A stretch of 64,000 nucleotides of DNA from Alphaproteobacteria bacterium (GCA_009993885.1 JAACSN010000004.1:59106-123105); one strand, 5' to 3'. Positions 1-9,734 are shown, counted from the first letter of the stretch. Made by a program: numbers and translations. The notes: a model not told the origin generated them from the sequence alone.

Positions 1-3000
1 GGCATAGAATTACCAAAATTCACCGAAGAAGACGGGCCTGAAGATTACATGCTGAAAGTGAATGAGCTTATCCAAGAGGCCAAGATCCCGAAAAAAGAAA
101 AATGGAAAGTTCGACGTTTCATCACTATAGGCCGTTTTCGTTTTGCACGCCTTGTTATGTTTCATGATCTAAGTCCGAAGAAATGGCCGAGCCATACGGA
201 TGTATCGACCAGTGAAATTGTGCAGAAACTATTTGCAGGATCTGATAGCGAACCTAGCAACGATCATGCTGACGATTACGATATAGATACACCTGAAGTT
301 GAGAAAGCCGTGCCATTGCTCATTACCTCTGCTGACGCTTCACAGCACAGTGCCTTGGTCGATGTAATGAAAGGCAAAAACATGGCTATTAAAGGACCTC
401 CAGGTACAGGAAAATCACAAACAATCACGAATATTATCGCTAATGCACTCGCGACAGGAAAATCAGTTTTGTTCTTAGCAGAGAAAATGGCCGCTTTGAA
501 TGTGGTGCATGAGCGGTTAAGTAAGGCGAATTTAGGGCCATATTGCCTCGAACTTCACTCTACAAAAGCCAAAAAAACCGAGGTACTAAAATCCATAGAG
601 GATCGTTTGAAATTAAGATCCACGAGAGGAAATACCAGTTCTCTTTCCTCAAAACTTCAAACTTTTAAACACCACAAAGATCATATCACAGAATATATTA
701 ATGCACTAAATTCTAACTTTGGTAAACAGAACAAGCCTGTCCATGATTATCTGTGGGGCGCACAGCTTCGGAAAACCCGCATTGGTGATCTCTTCTCGAT
801 AATAAGCCAATGCAAAATATCTTTTGAACAGGCCGACTTGTCCGAAAGCGAATTAAGTGCTCATGCCGGTGAGCTGGAAACAATAGTATGCCTTAAAAAA
901 CAAGTTGATGAAGAATCGGAAAACGGCAAACATCCATGGGACTTCGTTGGTAATACCGATTTAAACCCCTTCCAGCAGGATGAGTTAAAGCTGTTGATTG
1001 AAAAATGGAAAAACGAGCTTGCGAAGACCCAATCAAAACTGGAAGTCTTCAATAAGGCATTTGATCTCTCCATCGGCAATACCACGCAAGATATTAATAA
1101 GTTTTATGCCTGCCTAAATGATCTTATTAATTACGATACCAGCACATTGAATGAGGCTTTCATCGCCGATCTGGGAAATAAGGAAAAAGCGGCAGCCCTT
1201 GCTATTTTTGTTGATCGTATTCACGTTTACAGATCAGCCTTAAAAGAAATTCAATCCATGCAGAATGTGTTTGTAGCTATCGAAGATATCCAAGAGATAG
1301 AAAAGCATACACTGGTCGCAAAAGAAATTGACGCCCATAATATGACCGCACTCGACATATGGGCGCATGTCAAAAGTTTGGAAGAAGAACTCAAGCTATG
1401 GGACAGAAATCTTAAAACTCTTCTAGAGATCGGCAAAGGATTTGGTATTTCGAGAAACGAAGATCTGGACAAGATTTACGCATTGGCAGAGGTACCGGAT
1501 TATATCGCCTCCGTGCCACGCGATTATTTGCTCTTCCGAACAAACAATATTATCGATGAAACCAACGCACCACGTCTAAAAGCTGCCGCTGAGACACAAA
1601 AATGCATCCAAGAAAGTCTGAAGGATCAAGAGGAACACTATGATCTCTCAATGATGGGAGCACCCAACGAAATCCGCATGTATGCTGCAGTGCTTGATAA
1701 CGCCGGATTTTTTGCCATTCTCGATTCATCCTACCGTCAGGCAAAAAAGGTCATTACGCTGGCTTCTAAGCAAAAAGTTAAATTTGATCGAGGACAATCC
1801 GCCAATACACTGCGTGCGATCGCTGATAATAAAGAAGAAATGGAAAAGATCGAACAGGACGATCAGCTCCAGTTGATCTGTGGAGCTTCATTTAACGGTA
1901 TCAGAACTGACTTTAACAAGCTACAGCAGATCAATGAATGGGCAGCTGACGTCCGAAAACGCTACGTAGCAGGCAATGAATTTTCCCGAAATGTCCGCCA
2001 GTGGCTTTTAAAGGGTGATATGGAGGAGCTGGACTCTGTGAGAGAATTGGCAAGCGATGATCATTTTGTCGCACTGAAAAATAAAATAGCGGATATTAAA
2101 GGCAATGTCGCGCCCCACACTCCCATCAAAATATATCTAGACGGCCTGAGGAAGAAAATAGAAAAGCTGAGCATATTGAAAGATCAGCTTCAAAATATAG
2201 CCTCTGGTGAAGCGATTACCTTCGCCAATATCGCTGAGGATCTACCGCGCCTGCAAAATGCCAAGGAAGCGCGCGATACTGCCGAAAAAGACAATAGGGT
2301 TAAAAAGTTTTTTGGTGATTATTATGAAGGTGTCGAAACTAATATTGAGGATATTGATGTAACCGCTCGCTTTATAGGCGGTTGTCTGGCTATATCGAAG
2401 CTGGAGAATGTTTTTGATATTTTCTTAAACAAAGACTTTTTAAAAACATGGAAGAGCTTCAAAGACCAACTGAAAACATTGATCAATATTATTAACGCTA
2501 CAAAGAACGTTGCCACAGAAGTCGATGCCCACGCCAATATCTACTTCGACCCTCTTTTGAATGAAAATTACTGGTCAAATATAGATCTAGACGATCTAGT
2601 CAAACAGTTATCGGAAGCCTTGAACAAACCAGACGCTCTCAATCAATGGGTCAGTTTCAACGGACACTATGCCAAAGCCGCCCAAACAATTAAGAGGCAA
2701 TTGCTGCAAATATACGATCAAGAAAAGCTTAATTTTGAAACACTGCCCATGGCCTTTGAGTATATGGTTTATAGTGCCATAGCACGCGAAATTTACCACC
2801 GAAATCCGGTGCTTTTAAAAGCCAATGGCATGAGCTTGGAGAAAGCCAGAGCCAAAATTAAAGTGCTGGATCAAGAAATACTGCAGCTTCAGCAGCAAGA
2901 ACTTTGCAATAAACTCAATGCCTACAAGCCTCTGTACGGAAATGGTTATGGAAGGAGAAGCACCTGGACAGAAAGCGCGCTCATTCATAACGAAATTAAC

Positions 3001-4353
3001 AAACAGCGCCGTCATATTCCAATCAGAGATCTTATGAAGCGTGCTGCTAAGTCAATTCAAAAGACCAAGCCGTGCTTCCTTATGTCGCCATTGACCGTGG
3101 CGCAGTATCTTGACCCCGGAAAGTTTAAATTTGACCTTATTGTGATTGATGAAGCTTCGCAAATGCGCCCTGAGGACGCTTTGGGTGGTTGTGCACGTTC
3201 TAAACAAATCGTTGTTGTAGGCGACCCACAGCAACTGCCACCTACATCTTTCTTCCAATCAGCCGGAAAGGATAATGAAGACGAAGAAGAGGATTTTACG
3301 TCTGAGGCAATCATGGATATGGCGCTCTCCTCCTTCAGACCGTCTCGTATTTTGAGCCGCCATTATCGCTCTCAACATGAGAGTCTGATCGCTTTTTCCA
3401 ATTATCATTTTTACGATAAAAGCCTCGTTTTATTCCCATCTCCTATCAATAATCCAGACGAAATGGGCATAAAGCTAAAATATATCGGCGGTACTTACGC
3501 CTCAAATTCCAACATGAATGAAGTAGAGGCCATAGTAAAATCAGCTTTGGATTTCATGCGCAAACATCCTGATCGTAGCCTCGGAATTGCCACAATGAAT
3601 CAGGTGCAAAAGGATTTGATTGAAATCGAGATGGATCGAGCCTTTATTGATTACAAACACGCTGCAAAATACAAATCTAAATGGGAGAATACCCTCGAAT
3701 CATTTTTCGTGAAGAATCTAGAAAGCGTTCAAGGAGACGAACGTGATGCTATCTTTATTTCCACTGTTTACGGCCCAGATAAAAACGGAACCGTAATGCA
3801 ACGCTTTGGACCTATCAACCGCACAGACGGTTATAGACGTTTAAACGTTCTCTTTACCCGCGCAAAGAAAAACATGTTGGTTTTTACATCACTTAAACCT
3901 GAAGATATCAAAACCAGTGATAATTCCTCTCAAGGCCTAATAGCTTTAAAAGGCTTTTTAAGCTATGCGTCCAAAGGCATGATAGATCAAGGTATAGAAA
4001 CTCAGATGGATCCTGACAGCGACTTTGAAATATGGGTCAAGGAAAGACTAGAAAGCATCGGTTGCGAAGTACATCCGCAGGTTGGAGTAGCTAAATACCG
4101 AATTGATTTAGGGGTAAAGCATCCCAAATATCCATACGGTTATTTGATGGGCATAGAATGCGATGGTGCCACCTATCACTCCTCTAAATCAGCGCGAGAA
4201 CGAGATGTGATCAGACAACAAGTTTTGGAAGGATTAGGGTGGCGCATTTACCGAATTTGGTCGACGGATTGGTTTTCTAACCCAACGCAAGAGTTTGAAA
4301 AACTTAAAAACTACATTGAGACGCTTCTAAAAAATGAGGGTCTTAAAAAATAG
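1..4353 (+). CDS. SF1 (Upf1/DNA2-like, AAA_11/AAA_12-type) helicase fused to a C-terminal PD-(D/E)xK Vsr/DUF559-like endonuclease domain; 5'-partial
   Basis: The frame is open from nt 1 with no stop before the first ATG at 49. Walker A GPPGTGKS is at nt 394-417 and motif II DEASQ at nt 3148-3162. Further helicase motifs are VVVGDPQQLPP, RHYRSQHESLI, VQGDERD and LNVLFTRAK. The C-terminus reads GIECDGATYHSS..ERD..RQ..L...GW.I.RIWSTDW. Confidence 0.85.
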   Translation, partial: GIELPKFTEEDGPEDYMLKVNELIQEAKIPKKEKWKVRRFITIGRFRFARLVMFHDLSPKKWPSHTDVSTSEIVQKLFAGSDSEPSNDHADDYDIDTPEVEKAVPLLITSADASQHSALVDVMKGKNMAIKGPPGTGKSQTITNIIANALATGKSVLFLAEKMAALNVVHERLSKANLGPYCLELHSTKAKKTEVLKSIEDRLKLRSTRGNTSSLSSKLQTFKHHKDHITEYINALNSNFGKQNKPVHDYLWGAQLRKTRIGDLFSIISQCKISFEQADLSESELSAHAGELETIVCLKKQVDEESENGKHPWDFVGNTDLNPFQQDELKLLIEKWKNELAKTQSKLEVFNKAFDLSIGNTTQDINKFYACLNDLINYDTSTLNEAFIADLGNKEKAAALAIFVDRIHVYRSALKEIQSMQNVFVAIEDIQEIEKHTLVAKEIDAHNMTALDIWAHVKSLEEELKLWDRNLKTLLEIGKGFGISRNEDLDKIYALAEVPDYIASVPRDYLLFRTNNIIDETNAPRLKAAAETQKCIQESLKDQEEHYDLSMMGAPNEIRMYAAVLDNAGFFAILDSSYRQAKKVITLASKQKVKFDRGQSANTLRAIADNKEEMEKIEQDDQLQLICGASFNGIRTDFNKLQQINEWAADVRKRYVAGNEFSRNVRQWLLKGDMEELDSVRELASDDHFVALKNKIADIKGNVAPHTPIKIYLDGLRKKIEKLSILKDQLQNIASGEAITFANIAEDLPRLQNAKEARDTAEKDNRVKKFFGDYYEGVETNIEDIDVTARFIGGCLAISKLENVFDIFLNKDFLKTWKSFKDQLKTLINIINATKNVATEVDAHANIYFDPLLNENYWSNIDLDDLVKQLSEALNKPDALNQWVSFNGHYAKAAQTIKRQLLQIYDQEKLNFETLPMAFEYMVYSAIAREIYHRNPVLLKANGMSLEKARAKIKVLDQEILQLQQQELCNKLNAYKPLYGNGYGRRSTWTESALIHNEINKQRRHIPIRDLMKRAAKSIQKTKPCFLMSPLTVAQYLDPGKFKFDLIVIDEASQMRPEDALGGCARSKQIVVVGDPQQLPPTSFFQSAGKDNEDEEEDFTSEAIMDMALSSFRPSRILSRHYRSQHESLIAFSNYHFYDKSLVLFPSPINNPDEMGIKLKYIGGTYASNSNMNEVEAIVKSALDFMRKHPDRSLGIATMNQVQKDLIEIEMDRAFIDYKHAAKYKSKWENTLESFFVKNLESVQGDERDAIFISTVYGPDKNGTVMQRFGPINRTDGYRRLNVLFTRAKKNMLVFTSLKPEDIKTSDNSSQGLIALKGFLSYASKGMIDQGIETQMDPDSDFEIWVKERLESIGCEVHPQVGVAKYRIDLGVKHPKYPYGYLMGIECDGATYHSSKSARERDVIRQQVLEGLGWRIYRIWSTDWFSNPTQEFEKLKNYIETLLKNEGLKK

Positions 4354-4488
4354 AAAACTGATAATGATTGACTAAACATTAGAATAAGAAACCTTTACTT
4401 GTATTTTTTCAGAAAACGTTAAAAAATTCTATAGTTTGATAGCAACATATGAAAATTCATTTTAAGTTAATAGGGGAGGAGATAAAAA

Positions 4489-4782
4489 ATGTTGGATAAC
4501 CCCATGCACCCGAGAGAACAAAGAAGGGAGCAACGGCAAGAAGCTTTGGAACAGGCGATGAATTCAGTTAGGTGTGGTGCTAAGACACGGCAAGGAAGAG
4601 CCTGCCAATCTCCTGCAATGAAGAATGGCCGCTGTCGCATGCATGGCGGAAAATCATCGGGGGCACCTTTGGGAGGCGCCCATGGCAAATTCAAACATGG
4701 GCTCTATACGAAGACGAGCTTGAAGTTTTATGAAGATATGAAAAAGGTTCTTACGGAGACATTTACTTTAATTAATAGGTGA
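4489..4782 (+). CDS. HGGxSTG-motif small protein (phage/island-associated family)
   Basis: CGAKTRQGRACQSPAMKNGRCRMHGGKSSGAP motif. The RBS GGGGAGGAG lies upstream of the ATG. Confidence 0.6.
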   Translation: MLDNPMHPREQRREQRQEALEQAMNSVRCGAKTRQGRACQSPAMKNGRCRMHGGKSSGAPLGGAHGKFKHGLYTKTSLKFYEDMKKVLTETFTLINR

Positions 4783-4857
4783 CAGAAAAAATATTGACAA
4801 AAATAATTATATTATATATAAAAATACCCATTATTAAATATGTAAATTTGTCATTAA

Positions 4858-5388
4858 ATGAAAAAAATACTTAAAATAAAAATTTCTTTCAGTGTATTGT
4901 GGTGCATCATAGCACTACTTATCTCTAGCATGGCTGGGGCATCTAATTCATACATCGGCTTTAATCTCTCTTCTTTTTTAATTTTCTTTATCCTAATCAA
5001 TTTTCCGATTTTAATATATTGGTTGGGTTTTTGGATATGGGGCGACGGTTATTTGTTGCGTATACTATTACTTCCAGTACGCCTATATTTTTATTTCAAT
5101 CTAAAAAAATACATCCCACAACGTTGGTATGGCAAACTACCATTTCATAGGAGCTATTGGATTAGCCTCCTTTATGCAGCCCCTATTTTTCTAGGTCTCT
5201 ATCTTTTTGCTGTAAACAAAATGGCACAAGTCGACACACAGGCGCAACAAGTTACTTCGGTTAATCAACAAGGTAATTCATATGATTTCACCCTTGATGA
5301 CTTGCTTGCAGTGGATGGAAACGAACCGCAAGAGGTTGAAACATCGAAATATGATTTCACCCTTGATGATTTATTAGCAATAAAATAA
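4858..5388 (+). CDS. Hypothetical multi-pass membrane protein with a duplicated C-terminal YDFTLDDLLA motif
   Basis: Several hydrophobic segments. There is a tandem coding repeat at about nt 5279-5311 and 5347-5379. The context is AT-rich and there is no clear SD. Confidence 0.5.
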   Translation: MKKILKIKISFSVLWCIIALLISSMAGASNSYIGFNLSSFLIFFILINFPILIYWLGFWIWGDGYLLRILLLPVRLYFYFNLKKYIPQRWYGKLPFHRSYWISLLYAAPIFLGLYLFAVNKMAQVDTQAQQVTSVNQQGNSYDFTLDDLLAVDGNEPQEVETSKYDFTLDDLLAIK

Positions 5389-5539
5389 AAAAATACAGGG
5401 AGTATTTAAAATGGGAAAAATTGGCACATGGTCAACGACGCCCTCATCTAACAACCAAACGCCGCCTCATGGCTGGCCCGAAGAGCAAGCGTCATCAACT
5501 TCTTAATACTTTGCATGAGAAAACATTAGGCACTTCACC

Positions 5540-6016
5540 CTACCCCCTCCCGACATCACCAACAATAGCCTGCGCTTTATCATTGATATGGATATGTTGG
5601 ACGGTAATTTTTTGCTCATTGCCTCCCTTACCACGGCCTCTTTCTATGCTCTCAACAAGCGCCGCATAGGAACGAACGAGCTTATTGGCACCCCCAAGAC
5701 TCTTTTGCTGCTCTTCAAAGCTGTAATTGGGATTGGCAGCTCTCTTAAAGCACTCCATGGCCGCATTGTGCGTTGCTACTAATTGGGTAATCAACATCCC
5801 TTCAATTTCATTTTTTGGACCAAGAGCTTCTAGGGCATCAAGGAAACTTTCTCCGCTAACAAGGGCGTCTTTTTCAGAAATGCCCTGTAGGTTCAAACTT
5901 TGCATCATTTGGTTTACAAGGTTTTGAGTGAAGCCACTAAACTTTGAACCTGTTAACTTATGGATTTTTTCTTCCTTCAATGCTGTTACATTCGTTTCTT
6001 TGAGGTCTTGAGTCAT
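5540..6016 (-). CDS. Hypothetical island protein
   Basis: 158-aa ORF whose start overlaps (ATGA) the stop of the upstream ORF. It is co-oriented with the replication module. Confidence 0.5.
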   Translation of the reverse strand: MTQDLKETNVTALKEEKIHKLTGSKFSGFTQNLVNQMMQSLNLQGISEKDALVSGESFLDALEALGPKNEIEGMLITQLVATHNAAMECFKRAANPNYSFEEQQKSLGGANKLVRSYAALVESIERGRGKGGNEQKITVQHIHINDKAQAIVGDVGRG

Positions 6017-6300
6017 AGGTTTTCTCCTGAGTTGTTTAAGATTATATTTTGAAAGGTTTCTAATATGGTTGGGTGCGTCTCTTCCATGTAGATCAATAGC
6101 GTTTCTTGATAGACTAAACGCTCGGCTTCACTTTGAGAGAACCCCCCATCGTATTGAAGAATGCCCGCACGCTCATGATAGAGATAATTGATATCTTTAT
6201 CGTTTTGAGTGGGAACACCGGTAACAGCGGGAACAACGTCTCTAGCCTTAGGTTCTACAGTTACCACTGCCTCTTTTTGGGTGGGAATAGCCGGTAACAA
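6013..6300 (-). CDS. Hypothetical small protein with an ERAGILQYDGGFSQSEAE motif; start codon uncertain (TTG)
   Basis: The ORF is open up to nt 6441, but the only start codon in frame is TTG at 6300. As I recall, the E-R-A-x-I-x-x-Y-D-G-G...EAE motif recurs in primase-associated island proteins. Confidence 0.45.
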   Translation of the reverse strand: MLPAIPTQKEAVVTVEPKARDVVPAVTGVPTQNDKDINYLYHERAGILQYDGGFSQSEAERLVYQETLLIYMEETHPTILETFQNIILNNSGENL

Positions 6301-6463
6301 AACACCTGTGTTGTTTAATACATTACCACTTGTTACCGGTGATGTTGCATGGTGCGGTAATACATATATCCCCTTGGAATTGTTGGTATCATTGCCCTTA
6401 AAATATTTATTACCGGTGCTCCCGCTGTTCCCGGTGTTTTTTTAAGAAAGTCAAAATAGGGAC

Positions 6464-8149
6464 TCATTCCACTTCCTCCACCGCTCTATCAGAGCTAATG
6501 CAAATCATTTTTGCATTCTTATTCAAATGAGGTAGACGTGTTGTTTTTGTATATCGCCCGTCAGAATCAACCTTTAAGAGACCCTGCTTCAAAAGCTCCT
6601 TTTTAACAAATTGAGGGTCAAGCCCTTTGCAAACTTCTTTATTAAATAGGTCTGTGAAAAAGAAGAAATCATAGGAACCATCATCTTTTTTACGCCTATA
6701 CCCCGCTTGATTATAAATTCTTTCTTCAACAACATTTTCGGGAATACCTCCTATTAAGGCAAAGCGACTTAACTGGTGAGTTTCAATGAAAGCTTGAACT
6801 TGCTTTACGGCTTCATCGGCTTCATGGGAGCCGCTCCCTCCCCTTGCTTCAATGAAGCTCAAGAAACACTGCAAGATGCCTTGAGTAGCCTCACCCTCTT
6901 CATAAGGCAAAATCCCTAATTCAATAGCAAGCTCTGCTGCATAGGCCACCAAAGCAAAACGATCCGCAACACGCTTTACCTGTCCATCTGCTTTAGGATC
7001 AACATGCTTTGCAATGAAATCCTTTTTAAAATCTTCGTAAAATGTAAGTATCTCATTTTTATGTTGGCTCACATGATGCAAGAACGCTCTGATTGGTGTG
7101 CCGTAATATTGGGCTGTTGTTTGTTTAAGATGATTTGCAAGCTCTCCTCCGTCTTTAAAGCCGTTTAAGGTATCAAAGAGACGATGATCTTTACCCGCAT
7201 CAGCCAAAACATCCGCCATACGCGCCAACATTCCGGCATTTGCTCTTTTCCCTGATTCGTTCACTTTGTCGGCCAAAGAGATTTCTCCGGTGCTGAGAAA
7301 CAACAGTTTCCATGTATATTTTCTACGCAATCCCCCTTTGGCTTTGAGCCTGTTTTTACCGGACTCATTTGCCAGCATATAAGCGATTTCACCGGCTTCT
7401 TTGCCATCCACTTGCCCAAGCTCATCAAGACAGAGCAAAGCATGATTATGAGACTCAGCGACCGCTTCCAAGGCATTGCCTGTCGTCTTCCATTGTTGGA
7501 TAAATTGAGGGCTTCCCCATACGGAGGCCGCAACCGCAAGAGCCGTACTTTTGCCAATGGAGCTTGACCCTTTAAGGTGAAAGCCACCACTTTCCGCGTT
7601 AATAAGAGGAAGCAGAGGCGCTGCAAACGCACATCCAAGGGAAAAGATCAGACGGCTATTTCCTCGGCAAGGTTTAGCAACATGTTCTTTCCACTCTTCT
7701 AAGGTTCCCGCCTCCTGAAAGCCTATAAAATTACTTGTGCTACTTTGCAGATAAACCTCATCGGACTTTGGAATTGATCCGTCTGGCAAGATAAAAGAAT
7801 CCTTATGCCAGCCAATACGGGGCACACAGAGCACTTTCTTGGAAAGGGGTGTGTTCTGAAGATAGTCAGTTAGTTTGTTACGCAGGCCGCGTTTGTTGGT
7901 TATGCGAAGCCCTCGAGAAAGAAGCATACTAAAAAGATCGGAACAATCACGAGCAAAAGTATCTAGTGGGATCGTCAACTCATGACAGTGCTGATCAAGA
8001 TCAGAGAATTGAACCAACCGCCCCCAACTCTCGCTATTATCATCCCGTGTGTGGGCAAGGACTGTGATGGGAGAAGAAAGCCAGTCCTCTTCAAAATAAA
8101 GGCCGTCTTCTTTCAATGAGAAGCCACTTGGTAAAGAACCTTTTTTCAT
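6464..8149 (-). CDS. DUF927-type P-loop helicase (primase-associated replicative helicase of integrative elements)
   Basis: Walker A GSSSIGKST and Walker B-like LLCLDELG. Its start overlaps the stop of the Toprim gene. Confidence 0.8.
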   Translation of the reverse strand: MKKGSLPSGFSLKEDGLYFEEDWLSSPITVLAHTRDDNSESWGRLVQFSDLDQHCHELTIPLDTFARDCSDLFSMLLSRGLRITNKRGLRNKLTDYLQNTPLSKKVLCVPRIGWHKDSFILPDGSIPKSDEVYLQSSTSNFIGFQEAGTLEEWKEHVAKPCRGNSRLIFSLGCAFAAPLLPLINAESGGFHLKGSSSIGKSTALAVAASVWGSPQFIQQWKTTGNALEAVAESHNHALLCLDELGQVDGKEAGEIAYMLANESGKNRLKAKGGLRRKYTWKLLFLSTGEISLADKVNESGKRANAGMLARMADVLADAGKDHRLFDTLNGFKDGGELANHLKQTTAQYYGTPIRAFLHHVSQHKNEILTFYEDFKKDFIAKHVDPKADGQVKRVADRFALVAYAAELAIELGILPYEEGEATQGILQCFLSFIEARGGSGSHEADEAVKQVQAFIETHQLSRFALIGGIPENVVEERIYNQAGYRRKKDDGSYDFFFFTDLFNKEVCKGLDPQFVKKELLKQGLLKVDSDGRYTKTTRLPHLNKNAKMICISSDRAVEEVE

Positions 8150-9066
8150 GATTGCGCCCCTCCCTTTAAAACTTGCTTTCTAACGGCATACAGTCCACCC
8201 AAAACATGAAGGTCATTAAAGTCTGTTGGTTTAGACTCTCCCCTGATAGCGTCTGAAAAGTCCGGGTAAATTACTTGAGCGCTATGTTTCTTTGCAACTG
8301 CTCGGGCAGCGACTAAGCCAGTATTAACCTCTTTCCATTGATCGTTATCCGCTGCAACGGTAATAGAGAGATCAGGATATTTATGCCTAATAGCCTTTAC
8401 TACAGGCTCAAGGTTACCCGCATCAAAAGCAACCACCGTGGTAACCCTTGTCGCTTCATAAAGACTTGCTGCTGTCGCATAACCCTCACAGACATAAACC
8501 TGAGAGGACGTATCTAAAACGCCTAAGGTATGGAAGCAGCCTTTCTTCTTACCGCCGGACAAAAACTTCTTATCTCCTGTGGACGCAATAGTCTGGAGAC
8601 TCCATAACTTGCCAGAGATATCGCATAAGGGCACCACAAGGGATTTAATGTTTCCAAATCTCACGCCATAGGCTTGCACCTGCTTCTTTTGCAAATAGGG
8701 AGAAGTGCCATTTTCATTTAGACCTTTCCATAGATTAGAGGCCTCCAAAAATGCTTTGTCTTGACGATCCGTGGTCTCTTTCTTGTGGAGCTTTTTTGCT
8801 GCTTCAATACGGAAGTCTATTTCCTGTTGTTGCTGTGGCGAGGCGGTTCCCTTGATAGAAGACCACTTATAAGATTTTCCTGTTTTCCAATCACCATAAA
8901 CACCACCATAAGAGCCCTTAGTGTTTTCATATAAGACATACCAGCCGTCTTTATTGCGCCCCCCATTGCTAGAAAATCGATGAACTTTCCCGTCCGTAAC
9001 AATATCAATCGGACATTGGAGACCCTTAGTACTCATAGCCTTCTTAAACTCATTAAACATCTGCAC
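8146..9066 (-). CDS. Toprim-domain DNA primase (P4 alpha / TraC-like N-terminal part)
   Basis: GKVHRFSS..GGRNKDGWYVLY N-terminal motif. The Toprim core reads VYVCEGYATAASL...VAFDAGNL...AADND. Confidence 0.75.
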   Translation of the reverse strand: MQMFNEFKKAMSTKGLQCPIDIVTDGKVHRFSSNGGRNKDGWYVLYENTKGSYGGVYGDWKTGKSYKWSSIKGTASPQQQQEIDFRIEAAKKLHKKETTDRQDKAFLEASNLWKGLNENGTSPYLQKKQVQAYGVRFGNIKSLVVPLCDISGKLWSLQTIASTGDKKFLSGGKKKGCFHTLGVLDTSSQVYVCEGYATAASLYEATRVTTVVAFDAGNLEPVVKAIRHKYPDLSITVAADNDQWKEVNTGLVAARAVAKKHSAQVIYPDFSDAIRGESKPTDFNDLHVLGGLYAVRKQVLKGGAQS

Positions 9067-9367
9067 CTCCGTTAGGGGTGTGTTCTTTACTTTGAGGGGA
9101 ATCTTCTACACACACTTGAGATAATGGCTCTAAAGGGTGTTCCCTTGAAGGAAACATAGCGCCTATGCGCAACCCTAATTTTCCTGCAGAAGCATATTGC
9201 TTATGGGCGATCTGAGCCTCTACATTGAAAACTAGCCTTGAAACAATATCCCCAAAAGACCGGCAGTTATCAACTTGTGATAGAGGGGGGAATTTGCTAT
9301 TTTTCACTTGAAAGTCATTGGTTTGCTCGTCCTTACAGGGGGCGGGCATTTCTTTTGGGCTCGTCAT
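9053..9367 (-). CDS. Hypothetical island protein
   Basis: 104-aa ORF that overlaps both neighbouring genes. No recognisable motif. Confidence 0.4.
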   Translation of the reverse strand: MTSPKEMPAPCKDEQTNDFQVKNSKFPPLSQVDNCRSFGDIVSRLVFNVEAQIAHKQYASAGKLGLRIGAMFPSREHPLEPLSQVCVEDSPQSKEHTPNGGADV

Positions 9368-9579
9368 TATTTCACCCCTCCCTTACAAGATTTAATCCAT
9401 TCTTGGATGTCAGATTCAAGCCATCCAACACTGCGCTTTCCAATCTTTATTGGCGAGGGAAAAGAAGCCGCTTTAATATAAAGGTAAATGCTAGAACGGC
9501 TTAATCCTGTAAAAGCCTTAACGTCAGGTAACCTTAATATTTTATAACTCGGGTTGTTTTGGGAATTGTTTATGTTCAA
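9367..9579 (-). CDS. alpA: AlpA-family transcriptional regulator / excisionase-like HTH
   Basis: ILRLPDVKAFTGLSRSSIYLYIKAASFPSPIKIGKRSVGWLESDIQEWI is the typical AlpA/Xis HTH. Confidence 0.8.
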   Translation of the reverse strand: MNINNSQNNPSYKILRLPDVKAFTGLSRSSIYLYIKAASFPSPIKIGKRSVGWLESDIQEWIKSCKGGVK

Positions 9580-9676
9580 TAGAACCTCTCCTTGTTTATT
9601 AATGTTCTATAAACAAGAAGGCCATAGGCGTTTTTTGGGCGAAACACTAAAAGATATATAAAAATCATTTAGAAAA

Positions 9677-9703
9677 TCCTTGCAAACCATTGATTTGCAA
9701 GGA
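9677..9703 (-). terminator. Hairpin with a perfect 10-bp stem followed by a T-rich tract on the minus strand, downstream of the int-proximal orphan gene
   Basis: tccttgcaaa-ccattga-tttgcaagga. The minus strand continues TTTTCT. Confidence 0.45.
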
Positions 9704-9734
9704 GAAAACTTATTTTATTTTTGGGCGACTAATT

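Noticed and set aside
5421-5669. 82-aa plus-strand ORF in the convergent zone
   Set aside because: It overlaps the better-supported minus-strand gene 5540-6016 and has a proline-rich, junk-like composition. Only the separate 31-codon stub at 5411-5506 was kept as an observation.
7261-7638. 125-aa same-strand, out-of-frame ORF inside the DUF927 helicase gene
   Set aside because: It is fully embedded in a gene with clear P-loop motifs in another frame.
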